Source of the DNA: Pseudomonadales bacterium | GTDB lineage: Bacteria; Pseudomonadota; Gammaproteobacteria; Pseudomonadales; Azotimanducaceae | Direction: 5' to 3' | Assembly (NCBI GenBank): GCA_030744435.1 | Contig: JASLQO010000009.1 | Span: forward strand, 254,176-318,175 | Length of the DNA stretch: 64,000 nucleotides | In this document: piece after piece, positions 47,221 to 55,788 of the stretch | Layout of the letters: each line of letters starts with the position of its first letter | Numbering within the stretch: position 1 is the first letter of the stretch | Made by a program: the position numbers and the translations under genes | Notes under the pieces: model-generated | Databases searched by the model: none | Seen by the model: only the letters and a program-made list of their open reading frames with translations | Told to the model about the DNA's origin: nothing

Positions 47221-48270
47221 TCAGAGCCCCGGATTGACCACGAGGCGCACCACGTCGGTGTCCTTGCTGGCAAGCCTTGCCAGGGCGTCGTTGATCCCAG
47301 CGAGCGCATAGCGACCCGAAACTGAGCGGTCGAGATTCAATCGTCCGCCGGCGACGAGCGCGAAGAGATCCTCGATATCGCGCTTGTCCATACCGAATGA
47401 ACCCGCGACTGAATGTTCACGGCCGACAAAGCTGACCAGCGGCGGCAGCTGTACGCGGGCAGCTCCGACCCCCACCACGATCACCCGTCCGCCGGTGTCG
47501 AGCGTGTTCACCGCGATGTCCACCGTTTCCGCCCGCCCCACGAATTCCAGGGCGAGATCGACACCACGTCCGAGCCGCTGGCGAATGTACTTACCCACCC
47601 TTGGTTCGGCGGCCGGGTCGATTGCAAGATCGGCACCGAGTTCCAGCGCGCGGTCCCTGGCCTGTTCTTGAGTATCGATTGCGACGATGAATCCCGCTCC
47701 CATCATTCGCGCCAGCATAACTGCATGCGTACCCAACCCTCCGCAGCCGACGACGGCCACTGATTCGCCGGCGCTGAGCCTGCCCCGCGATCGCAGCGCG
47801 TGAAAGGGCGTGGAGACACCGTCGGTAATGATGGCGGCGATCTCGGACGGTACGGATTCCGGAATTGGAATGAGCGACCATGAAGGTGCGGCGACGTACT
47901 GCGCCAGTGAGCCGTCCTGGGCCATGCCGTAGACCCTCGCGTTTTCGCAGAGCGATTCATGCCCCGCCATGCAGAATCGGCAGCGGCCGCAAGTCGCGGA
48001 CGGGAATAGCGCAACGCGATCTCCGGTCGAGAACTCGGTCACCGAATCACCGACACTCGCCACGGTTCCTGCAGCTTCATGGCCCAGGGTGATGGGTGTG
48101 TGTTGCACGGGAATGTCGCCATCCACTGCCAGATGTATGTCCGTGCCGCACAGACCACAGGCCTCTACCTGCACCACTACCTCGTGAGGCTCGGGTTGCG
48201 GGATCGGGACCGATTCGATTGTCAGCGGTTCTCCCGGAACATGCAGGCGTGCGGCTTTCATGATCGTCAT
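47221..48270 (-). CDS. zinc-dependent alcohol dehydrogenase (MDR family)
   Basis: ATG 48270 forms an ATGA overlap with the TetR stop. CGLCGTDIH, GHEAAGTV, CGRCRFC, GCGGLG. Confidence 0.9.
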   Translation of the reverse strand: MTIMKAARLHVPGEPLTIESVPIPQPEPHEVVVQVEACGLCGTDIHLAVDGDIPVQHTPITLGHEAAGTVASVGDSVTEFSTGDRVALFPSATCGRCRFCMAGHESLCENARVYGMAQDGSLAQYVAAPSWSLIPIPESVPSEIAAIITDGVSTPFHALRSRGRLSAGESVAVVGCGGLGTHAVMLARMMGAGFIVAIDTQEQARDRALELGADLAIDPAAEPRVGKYIRQRLGRGVDLALEFVGRAETVDIAVNTLDTGGRVIVVGVGAARVQLPPLVSFVGREHSVAGSFGMDKRDIEDLFALVAGGRLNLDRSVSGRYALAGINDALARLASKDTDVVRLVVNPGL

Positions 48271-48905
48271 GGTCGGTCTCGGTTGTCGAATTCGGACAGG
48301 AATCCTCGCTTCAGGAACTGGAAAGCGGCGGTGCGGTCCTTCAGACCGGTGCGGATGTCTTCGTGACCGAGGTTTACCCTCGAGCCACGCAATATCATCA
48401 GGCCGAGGAACGTGGACCACAGCGTGTCCGCCATGTGCTGGCCGTCCGAGCGACCAGTGATGTCCTCGAGCAGCTTGGCCAAACGCTGGAAGTTCGCACC
48501 GGAGCTTTCGGTAATCTGTTCCTTGATTTCGGGCGATACGCCCTGGAGTGTGTTGGGCTGAGCGAGGTAGGCGGAAACCACATAGTATTCGGGGTGCTCG
48601 TCGTTGACCTTCTCGTGGAAGCGCCAGATCTGCTCCAGACGTTTCCCAGTGGACTGCCTGGATCGCTCGAGTCTTTGGAAACCATCTGCCCAGAAACGGA
48701 TACTCTCAAACAGCAGCGATAGGAGGATTTCGTCCTTGTTTTTGAAATAGAAGAACAGGGTAGCCTCGGAGAGTTCGCACAGTTCAGCGATCTCTTTTGT
48801 GGTCGTGCCGCGGAATCCTTTTTCGAGTAGCAACCGACGTGCCGCATCCAGTACCGCTTCTTTTCGTGCCTGGCGTTCCCTTTCGCGTCGCTCGGCTACG
48901 CCCAT
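48267..48905 (-). CDS. TetR family transcriptional regulator
   Basis: HTH GFRGTTTKEIAELCELSEATLFFYFKNKDEIL. 212 aa. Confidence 0.9.
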   Translation of the reverse strand: MGVAERRERERQARKEAVLDAARRLLLEKGFRGTTTKEIAELCELSEATLFFYFKNKDEILLSLLFESIRFWADGFQRLERSRQSTGKRLEQIWRFHEKVNDEHPEYYVVSAYLAQPNTLQGVSPEIKEQITESSGANFQRLAKLLEDITGRSDGQHMADTLWSTFLGLMILRGSRVNLGHEDIRTGLKDRTAAFQFLKRGFLSEFDNRDRP

Positions 48906-48944
48906 GTTAGTACTCCTTTCCGCGTCTCAAGCCGTTGGTCGAGC

Positions 48945-50087
48945 TCACACACCAAGCTGCCGTGCGATGGTTTCCCGCTGTATTTCGCTGGTGCCCTCAC
49001 CTATTTCCAGAACCTTACAATCCCGGTAGAAGCGTTGGGCAGCGCTGTCCTTCATGTAACCCTGCGCCCCACACAAATGTAAAGTGCGTTCACAAGCCCA
49101 CGTGGCGGTTTCGGTGGCGAACAGCTTGGCCATGGACGCCTCCCGGTCATGTGGTTGGCCGGCGTCGGCCAGTCTCGCGGTATGCAGCGTCAGCTGCCAC
49201 GCAGCCTCGAGCCGGGTGGCCATGTCGGCGAGAGTGAAGCGGATGAACTGATTAGCTGTCAAAGGTGCTCCAAACTGCACTCTTTGCGCACAGTAGTTTT
49301 GGCTCTCCTGTAGTGCGGCACGACTGAGCCCCACGCCGAACGCGGCACTTGCGATACGACCGAGGGTGAGGACCTTCAGTGAGCGAATGAAGCCCGCTTC
49401 CTCGGGTCCGAGGCGATTCTCGGCCGGGATACGGCAGTCATCGAAGACGATTTCGGCCATCTCGGAGGCGCCCATGCCCAGTTTCTTGAGCGGAGCGGCA
49501 ACGTTCACACCCGGCGTGTCTGCATCGACCACGAACACGGAGAGCCCTTTGAGCCCCAGCTCGGGGTGGGTGGCGGCGACCACCACCATGAAATCGGCGA
49601 ACGGAGAATTGGTGATGTACATTTTCGTGCCGTTCAGCACGTATTGGTCGCCATCCCGTGCGGCCGTGGTGGCAACTGTGGAGACATCGGCGCCGGCGTT
49701 CGGCTCCGCATAGGCCCAACAGCCTATCCGTTCGCCGCTCATCGCACCCGGCAACCAACGTTTTCGCTGCGCTTCGTCGCCCAGATGGACGAGCGCCGAG
49801 CTGGCCAGAGCCGTGTGCACGTAGAAACCGAGCGCGATAGCGGCGGAACCTCGCGCCAGCTCTGCGCACAACAGCGCGTAGAGCACGGATCCACCACCAC
49901 TGCCGCCGTAACTCTCGGGCACAGAGACACCCAACCAGCCCAGATTTCCGAATTCGCGTAGCAACTGCTGAGGGTAGCGCTCTTCGAGATCCCAGGAGGT
50001 CGCATGCGGGATAATCTCGCTGTCCACGAACCTGCGCACCGATTCCACGAACTGGGCGTGCTCCGGGTCTATCAGTGGGTCCGACAT
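48945..50087 (-). CDS. acyl-CoA dehydrogenase
   Basis: 380 aa. ...YAEPNAGADV..., YITNSPFAD, C-terminal EIGEGTSEIQRETIARQL. Confidence 0.9.
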   Translation of the reverse strand: MSDPLIDPEHAQFVESVRRFVDSEIIPHATSWDLEERYPQQLLREFGNLGWLGVSVPESYGGSGGGSVLYALLCAELARGSAAIALGFYVHTALASSALVHLGDEAQRKRWLPGAMSGERIGCWAYAEPNAGADVSTVATTAARDGDQYVLNGTKMYITNSPFADFMVVVAATHPELGLKGLSVFVVDADTPGVNVAAPLKKLGMGASEMAEIVFDDCRIPAENRLGPEEAGFIRSLKVLTLGRIASAAFGVGLSRAALQESQNYCAQRVQFGAPLTANQFIRFTLADMATRLEAAWQLTLHTARLADAGQPHDREASMAKLFATETATWACERTLHLCGAQGYMKDSAAQRFYRDCKVLEIGEGTSEIQRETIARQLGV

Positions 50088-50111
50088 CGCTGGTCTCCTG
50101 TTGGCCTACCG

Positions 50112-50873
50112 TTAGTGCTGTTTTGCGAAGAACGCGGCAACGCGTTCGCGGTGGGCTTCGCTTTGCAGGCACTGGACCTGAGCGAAGATTTCGTAATCGA
50201 ATTCGTTTTCCATGTCGCGGTCCAGGGAGCGGCGAATGGCGTTCTTGGTGAACGCCAGCGCCCTGGCAGGACCCGTCACGAAGCTGCCGGCGAGTTGCAT
50301 GACTGTCTCGTCCAGTTTCGCTTCGGGTACCAGTCTGGACAGGAGTCCCATCTCATGTGCTTCCTCGGCGGCAACGAATCTCGCCGTCATCATCATGTCC
50401 GTGGCCCGACCCAGGCCGACCAGGCGAGGCAAAAAGTACCCGCACGACATGTCGCAACCAGCGAGCCCTATATTCACGAACGGTGCGCAATAGCGAGAGC
50501 CCGCGGCACCTACTCTGAAATCACAGGCCAGAGCAAGCCCCAGACCACCCCCCACGACGTCGCCGTGACATCTGGCAATGACGGGTTTTTCCATGTTCGC
50601 GATGAGGCGCACGGGATCCAGATAATGGTCGACGATCTGTTCCCAGTCGGCTGGCGTGCGGTCGATCATCTGTCCGATGTCGGCACCGGCGCAGAACACG
50701 CGTCCCGCACCGGCCAGCACGAGCGCACCGGTTTCGTCGTCTTTCCCGGCAGCTTCGAGCGCTTCGATGAGTGCATCGAGCATCTCGATGTCGATGGCGT
50801 TCAGGCGATCCGGACGATTGAGCGTTATCGTGAGCACGCCGTCAGTGCGATCCGTTTTCAGTTTGTCCGTCAT
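50112..50873 (-). CDS. enoyl-CoA hydratase/isomerase family protein
   Basis: VLTITLNRPDRLNAI...VFCAGADI crotonase signature. Confidence 0.9.
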   Translation of the reverse strand: MTDKLKTDRTDGVLTITLNRPDRLNAIDIEMLDALIEALEAAGKDDETGALVLAGAGRVFCAGADIGQMIDRTPADWEQIVDHYLDPVRLIANMEKPVIARCHGDVVGGGLGLALACDFRVGAAGSRYCAPFVNIGLAGCDMSCGYFLPRLVGLGRATDMMMTARFVAAEEAHEMGLLSRLVPEAKLDETVMQLAGSFVTGPARALAFTKNAIRRSLDRDMENEFDYEIFAQVQCLQSEAHRERVAAFFAKQH

Positions 50874-50900
50874 GATTTCCTCTTTGGCAGTACAGTGATG

Positions 50901-51755
50901 CTAGACGGTGAGCCTCAGCGCCCGGACCACGTTATCCCGCACTAGCTTTCGGTACACCTCGTCGCTCACACCTAGGTCTTCCAGTTCAGTCAGTGTGCGG
51001 TCGAACGCGAGCAGGGGGTAGTCGGTGGCCCAGATGACCTTGTCCTGTCCCCAGCCGGTGGCGAAATCCACCAGTGACTGGGGCCACTGGCGGGGGCCCC
51101 GCGCGGATGTCTCGAGGTATACGTTTGGGTGTTTCCACGCGAAGATCATCATCTCCTCGTGCCAGGGCTGGCCTACGTGGCAGCCGAGGATAACCAGCTC
51201 CGGGAAGGCCAGCGCCACCTCGTCCAGATAGATCGGGCGGCCGCATTCGGAAGGCAGTAAAGGCCCGGTGTGGCCGACCTGCAGGGCGACGGCGACGCCG
51301 AGTTCCACGCACTTCATGTAGACCGGCCAGTAGTGTTTGTCGTTTGGCGGCAGTCCGGTCATGCCATCGCCATTCATGTACGGTTCCAGCCGGATACAGA
51401 CCATGCCGAGTTCGTTGACCAGGTAGGAGACGTCGCGGGCGACATCCATCGGTTTTTGCATGACGTTCACGGCCCCCGCGCCGATAAAGCGGTCCGGGTG
51501 CTGCTTGACGTACTGAGCCACCTCCTCGTTGGTGAGAACCCAGTCGCCCCTGTAGTGGAAGGAAGAGAGTATCAGCCGGTCCACGCCCGCGGTGTCCATC
51601 TCTTCGAGCAGTGCCTCGATCGACTGCCCTTCCATCATTACGGCGGGAGACCGGTACTTTCTGAATATGTGCTTGAATTCGTCCGGCCAGCGGGTGGCAC
51701 CCTTGGGAGTGATGTGGGTCGCCCATGCGTCTATGGCGATTTTGGGTCGTGTCAT
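50901..51755 (-). CDS. amidohydrolase-2 (PF04909-like) family protein
   Basis: IAIDAWATHI..., GVDRLILSS, VALQVGHTG, VILGCHVGQPW, WATDYP: TIM-barrel metal-hydrolase/decarboxylase pattern. Confidence 0.8.
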   Translation of the reverse strand: MTRPKIAIDAWATHITPKGATRWPDEFKHIFRKYRSPAVMMEGQSIEALLEEMDTAGVDRLILSSFHYRGDWVLTNEEVAQYVKQHPDRFIGAGAVNVMQKPMDVARDVSYLVNELGMVCIRLEPYMNGDGMTGLPPNDKHYWPVYMKCVELGVAVALQVGHTGPLLPSECGRPIYLDEVALAFPELVILGCHVGQPWHEEMMIFAWKHPNVYLETSARGPRQWPQSLVDFATGWGQDKVIWATDYPLLAFDRTLTELEDLGVSDEVYRKLVRDNVVRALRLTV

Positions 51756-51803
51756 CGTGCGTTGCTCCGGTCGATGCGTCTGATGTCCTGTATGGTGCGG
51801 CCG

Positions 51804-52595
51804 TTAGCGGCCATGAAACACCGGCGTCCTCTTCTCGACAAAGGCCTGTACGCCTTCCTGCGCATCCTCACTGACGCGCAGTGGTTCGGCATGAAACTGC
51901 TCCAGGCGCAGGGCCTCGTCCAAATCTAGATGGCGGCCCTGGTAGACGGCGTCGCGCGCTGCCCGGACGGCCAGCGGACCGTTCGCTGCAATGAGTTCGG
52001 CTACGCGCAGCGCCTCAGTGAGCAGGTTGTTCAGTTCGGTTATCCTGCTGACGAGTCCCCAGCGCAACGCCGCCTCGGCATCAATGGGTGCCCCGGTCAG
52101 GATCATCTCGAGTGCGACGCCCAAGGGCAGCGCGCGCGGCAGCCTTTGCGTGCCGCCGGCGCCGGGGAGGATACCTCGTTTGACCTCGGGCAATCCAAAC
52201 ACGGCGTGCTTCGCGGCGATTCGGATGTCGCAGGCCAGAGCGAGTTCAAGACCGCCCGCCAGACAGGGACCGTTGATGGCCGCGATCACCGGTTTGCGCG
52301 GGTCGAAATTCCTGGTCAGCGCCCCGAGCCCCGGGGTGCGTTCGCCGTTCTCACGCCGCTCGACGGGGGTCATCGAGCGGTAGTAGTCACCCATTTCCTT
52401 CAAATCGGCGCCGGCACAAAACGACTGGTCACCGGCTCCGGTCAATACAGCGACGCGCGCCGTATCCGAGTCCCGATATTCGTTCCATACATCGAGCAGG
52501 GCTTCGCGCATCTCGGTATTCAGTGCATTGCGTGCCTCGGGGCGATCCAGCGTCACGATCAGGACCTGTCCGCGCAATTCCGTTCGAACGCTCAC
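51804..52595 (-). CDS. enoyl-CoA hydratase/isomerase family protein
   Basis: VLIVTLDRPEARNAL...SFCAGADL crotonase signature. 4-nt overlap with the upstream ACAD. Confidence 0.9.
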   Translation of the reverse strand: MSVRTELRGQVLIVTLDRPEARNALNTEMREALLDVWNEYRDSDTARVAVLTGAGDQSFCAGADLKEMGDYYRSMTPVERRENGERTPGLGALTRNFDPRKPVIAAINGPCLAGGLELALACDIRIAAKHAVFGLPEVKRGILPGAGGTQRLPRALPLGVALEMILTGAPIDAEAALRWGLVSRITELNNLLTEALRVAELIAANGPLAVRAARDAVYQGRHLDLDEALRLEQFHAEPLRVSEDAQEGVQAFVEKRTPVFHGR

Positions 52596-53743
52596 TGTCC
52601 GCGAGCCACCAGGTCTTCACTGCGGGCGATGATGCCGCGCATTGTCTCACTGGTTCCGGCGCCGATGGTGAGAGCGAGCGAATCGCGATACAGGCGTCCA
52701 ATCAGACACTCATCCATATGGCTGAGCCCGCCCTGGATCTGGGCGCATTCCCGAGCGGTATCCAGCGCCATCTCAGTGGCAAACAGCTTCGACATGGAGA
52801 TCAGGGAGTTAGCGTCTTCTCCCCTCGTGTACTTGTCTATGGCCTGAATCATGAGGGCTTCAGCGGCTTCGATGTTGGTCAGGACATCCGCGAGCCGGTG
52901 TTGCCAGACCTGAAATCCAAGTAGTGGTTGGCCGAAGGCCTGTCGGTCGTGACCCCATCTGCGCGCTTCCTCGAAGAGCATGCGGGCCTGCGAGCAGGCC
53001 ATGACGGAAAGCACCAGCCGCTCGCCCTCGAATCCACCCATGATGAGGCCGAAGCCCCTGTTCTCTTCGCCGACGAGATTGCTCGCTGGTACGCGAACGT
53101 CATCGAAGAAGATCTCGGCCGTGTCGGAGGCGTGCGTGCCGATCTTCTGCAGCCGCCGGCGTGTAAGCCCCTCGCTGTCGGCCGGGACGACGATGAGTGA
53201 GATGCCGCGATGTCCCTCTCCGCCCGTGCGCACCGCCGTGGTGATGTAGTCGGCGATGGTGCCGTTGCTGATGTAGAGTTTCGATCCGTTGATGACGTAA
53301 TCGCTACCGTCTCGAACCGCCCGGGTCTTGAGTGCGGCGACATCGCTGCCGGCATCCGGTTCCGAGACGCCGAGTGCTCCGATCAGTTTTCCTTCCGCCG
53401 CCGGGCGGACGTATTTTTCCTTTAGCGCGCTCGAACCGCCCCGGTCAATGACCTTGGTGGCGAATTCGGCGTGCGCCATGATGGCGACGGCGACACCGAT
53501 GGAACCGCTTTTCATCAGTTCCTGAAGCAGCACGGCAGTGAACCAGAAATCCTGGCCGCCGCCACCAAACTCCGGCGAAAGGCGCACACCCAGGTAGCCG
53601 AGCTCGGCAAGTTTGCTGAACAGGCTGCGGGGAACTTCCCCGTCGCGCTCCCATTGAAGGGCGTTGGGCTTCACCTCGCGTTCCACCAGATCGGCGACTG
53701 CATGGCGCATCATCTCGTGTTCTTCAGATAGTACCGGCTGCAT
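52592..53743 (-). CDS. acyl-CoA dehydrogenase
   Basis: 383 aa. VSEPDAGSDV, YISNGTIAD, TIGAGTSETMRGIIAR. AGGAGA RBS. Confidence 0.9.
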   Translation of the reverse strand: MQPVLSEEHEMMRHAVADLVEREVKPNALQWERDGEVPRSLFSKLAELGYLGVRLSPEFGGGGQDFWFTAVLLQELMKSGSIGVAVAIMAHAEFATKVIDRGGSSALKEKYVRPAAEGKLIGALGVSEPDAGSDVAALKTRAVRDGSDYVINGSKLYISNGTIADYITTAVRTGGEGHRGISLIVVPADSEGLTRRRLQKIGTHASDTAEIFFDDVRVPASNLVGEENRGFGLIMGGFEGERLVLSVMACSQARMLFEEARRWGHDRQAFGQPLLGFQVWQHRLADVLTNIEAAEALMIQAIDKYTRGEDANSLISMSKLFATEMALDTARECAQIQGGLSHMDECLIGRLYRDSLALTIGAGTSETMRGIIARSEDLVARGQ

Positions 53744-53775
53744 GCCGTTCTCCTGGCTGGGTCATGCCCCGCAAA

Positions 53776-53824
53776 TTATTAGACTGACACTCGAATGTCA
53801 AGTGACACTCAGTAAAACTGAAAT
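53776..53824. repeat. copy 1 of a roughly 48-bp intergenic element (promoter/operator-like)
   Basis: TTATTAGACTGACACTCGAATGTCAAGTGACACTCAGTAAAACTGAAAT. Shares an identical 17-mer CACTCGAATGTCAAGTG (53788-53804) with copy 2. On the gene (minus) strand it contains TTGACA followed 15 nt later by AATAAT, about 30 nt upstream of the ACAD start. Confidence 0.6.
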
Positions 53825-54809
53825 GGTGGCGTCAGAGCCTGATGTCTCGATGCCGAGAGTCTGTTCGATATTGCCGACCAGCGTCGTGGGTACCGATGCT
53901 CCGCCACCGCCGATGGTCTTCAGGGAACCGAGATTTCGCATGCTGAACTCGGGATGCTCCATCATGGTGATGAGTACGGTGGGAACGCGGCCCATGACGG
54001 TGCTACGCTCGCGCTCACACATATCGAGCACCAGGCCCGGTTCGAATACCTCTGGCAGGATCAGCGTCGCGGAGTTGGTGAGTGCACCGAGGACGGCGAC
54101 CACGCATCCCGCGGCGTGAAACAGTGGCAGGGGTTCAGGAAGGCGCCACCCGGCTGCAAACAGAGGCTTATGCCGATGAACCGGCCATTGTTGGTTACCC
54201 CGCGGTGATGCAGCCGTGCCCCCTTGGGAGCACCGGTGGTTTCGGAGGTGTATTGAATCAAAGCCGTATCCGTGAGGGTTACCTCCGGTAGGGCCCGAGT
54301 CTACGAGCCGCTGGTGTAGAACATCTCCCAGTCGTCGAAAGAGATGGCATGGCGCAAAGTCGAATTCGTGCGTATCGCATCGTCTACCCAGTCCGCCAGC
54401 GGGTTGTTTCTGTACTTGGGTACGAAGAAGATGCCCGTCGCCTGCGATTGGTGTAGCGCTTACCCCAGTTCGGGGCGCTAGTAGGCCGGATTCAGGAGCA
54501 CCAGCACCATACCGGCCATGCCCACGGCGAGCTGGACGATCACCCATTCGGGTAGGTTGGGTGCCCGGAGCGCAATGTGTTCGCCAGGCTCAAATCGCGT
54601 GAGCAGCGCGTTTGCGCAGTGGCCTGCCTGTGAATACATCTCGGCGAAGGTCCAGCGCCGGTGGGCTCGCCGAAAGTGTCACCAGCCACGAGTCCGGTCC
54701 AGCCGGGATGATCCATGGCCGCCTGGCGCAGTATGCTGGCGACAGTCGAATCGTGCACTGGCTGGGATGTATCGGCCGGATAGTACGACCTGGTGAGGGG
54801 TGCGCTCAT
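53798..54809 (-). pseudogene. decayed AMP-dependent acyl-CoA synthetase gene
   Basis: N-terminus MSAPLTRSYYPADTSQPVHDSTVASILRQAA (from 54809). After a frameshift near 54680: RRWTFAEMYSQAGHCANALLTRFEPGEHIAL...NPAY*RPELG*ALHQSQATGIFFV...YTSGS*...IQYTSETTGAPKGA. After another frameshift: LPLFHAAGCVVAVLGAL...GGGGASVP. In-frame TAG, TAA and TAG codons are present, and the whole C-terminal domain is missing. Confidence 0.8.
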
Positions 54810-54831
54810 CGAGGAACGGCCACGCTTGCGA

Positions 54832-55629
54832 TTACCGGCCCTGGAATCTGGCCGGGCGTTTGTCGAGAAAGGCGCTGGCAGCTTCCTTCAGATCCTCGGT
54901 GCCCATGGTTGCCGCCTCGAGAAACATCGATGTATCCAGTGCCAGGTTGACCTGTTCTCGCAACAGCTTGTTCATCGAGTACTTCGTCCACCGGATCGCC
55001 ATGGGCGCGCCATCAGCCATCCTGCGTGCGAAGGCATTCGCCTTGGGGAGTACCTCGGGTGTCGGCAATGCGAAATTCACCAGCCCGATGCGTTCGGCCT
55101 CGCTTCCCGATATCCAGTCACCGGTGAACAGATACTGCTTGGCGCGGGCCATGCCGATGAGTGCGGGCCAGATGATCGCGCCGCCGTCCCCCGCCACGAG
55201 TCCCATCTTGACGTGGGTATCGCCGATTCGGGCGGTTTCAGCGACGAAGGTGATGTCACACATCAGCGCGAGCGTCGCGCCGAGCCCGGCCGCGTCACCG
55301 TTGATGGCGCCGATGATCGGCTGCTCGACATCGAGCATGTGATTGACCAACCGGCGTACGCCGTTGAATGGAATGCGGGGTCCGCTCGGCATGAACTCGC
55401 CGGAATCCATGGATGAGGCATCTCCGCCTGCGCAGAACGCCTCACCGGCGCCGGTCAGCACGATGGCGCGAACCGAGTCGATGGCACCCACGTCGGAGAA
55501 TATGGTCTCCAGCTCCTGATGCATGGGATCGTGTGCGGCGTTACGAAGTTTCGGGCGATTCAGCGTGATCGTCGCCACACCGTCGTCGATCGAGACCTCG
55601 AGAAACTGATAGGAACTGAAATCGGTCAT
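54832..55629 (-). CDS. enoyl-CoA hydratase/isomerase family protein
   Basis: ORF trimmed to ATG 55629 (MTDFSSYQFLEVSIDDGVATITLNRPKLRNA...AFCAGGDA). Confidence 0.9.
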   Translation of the reverse strand: MTDFSSYQFLEVSIDDGVATITLNRPKLRNAAHDPMHQELETIFSDVGAIDSVRAIVLTGAGEAFCAGGDASSMDSGEFMPSGPRIPFNGVRRLVNHMLDVEQPIIGAINGDAAGLGATLALMCDITFVAETARIGDTHVKMGLVAGDGGAIIWPALIGMARAKQYLFTGDWISGSEAERIGLVNFALPTPEVLPKANAFARRMADGAPMAIRWTKYSMNKLLREQVNLALDTSMFLEAATMGTEDLKEAASAFLDKRPARFQGR

Positions 55630-55685
55630 GGTTTGTCTCTGTCTGTTTGTCTCACTGGTGAAGCGGTCACGTGGCGGCCAAGGGT

Positions 55686-55732
55686 TTATTAGCTTCACTC
55701 GAATGTCAAGTGTTACTCAGGAATATTGAAAT
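55686..55732. repeat. copy 2 of the roughly 48-bp intergenic element
   Basis: TTATTAGCTTCACTCGAATGTCAAGTGTTACTCAGGAATATTGAAAT. Identical 17-mer at 55696-55712. Lies 60-100 nt upstream of the crotonase start at 55629 and downstream of the ACAD stop at 55789. Confidence 0.6.
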
Positions 55733-55788
55733 CATGACATAATCGTCCCCGGGGCGGTCGCGATAGTGGCGCCATTGTGCGGGGGGCG

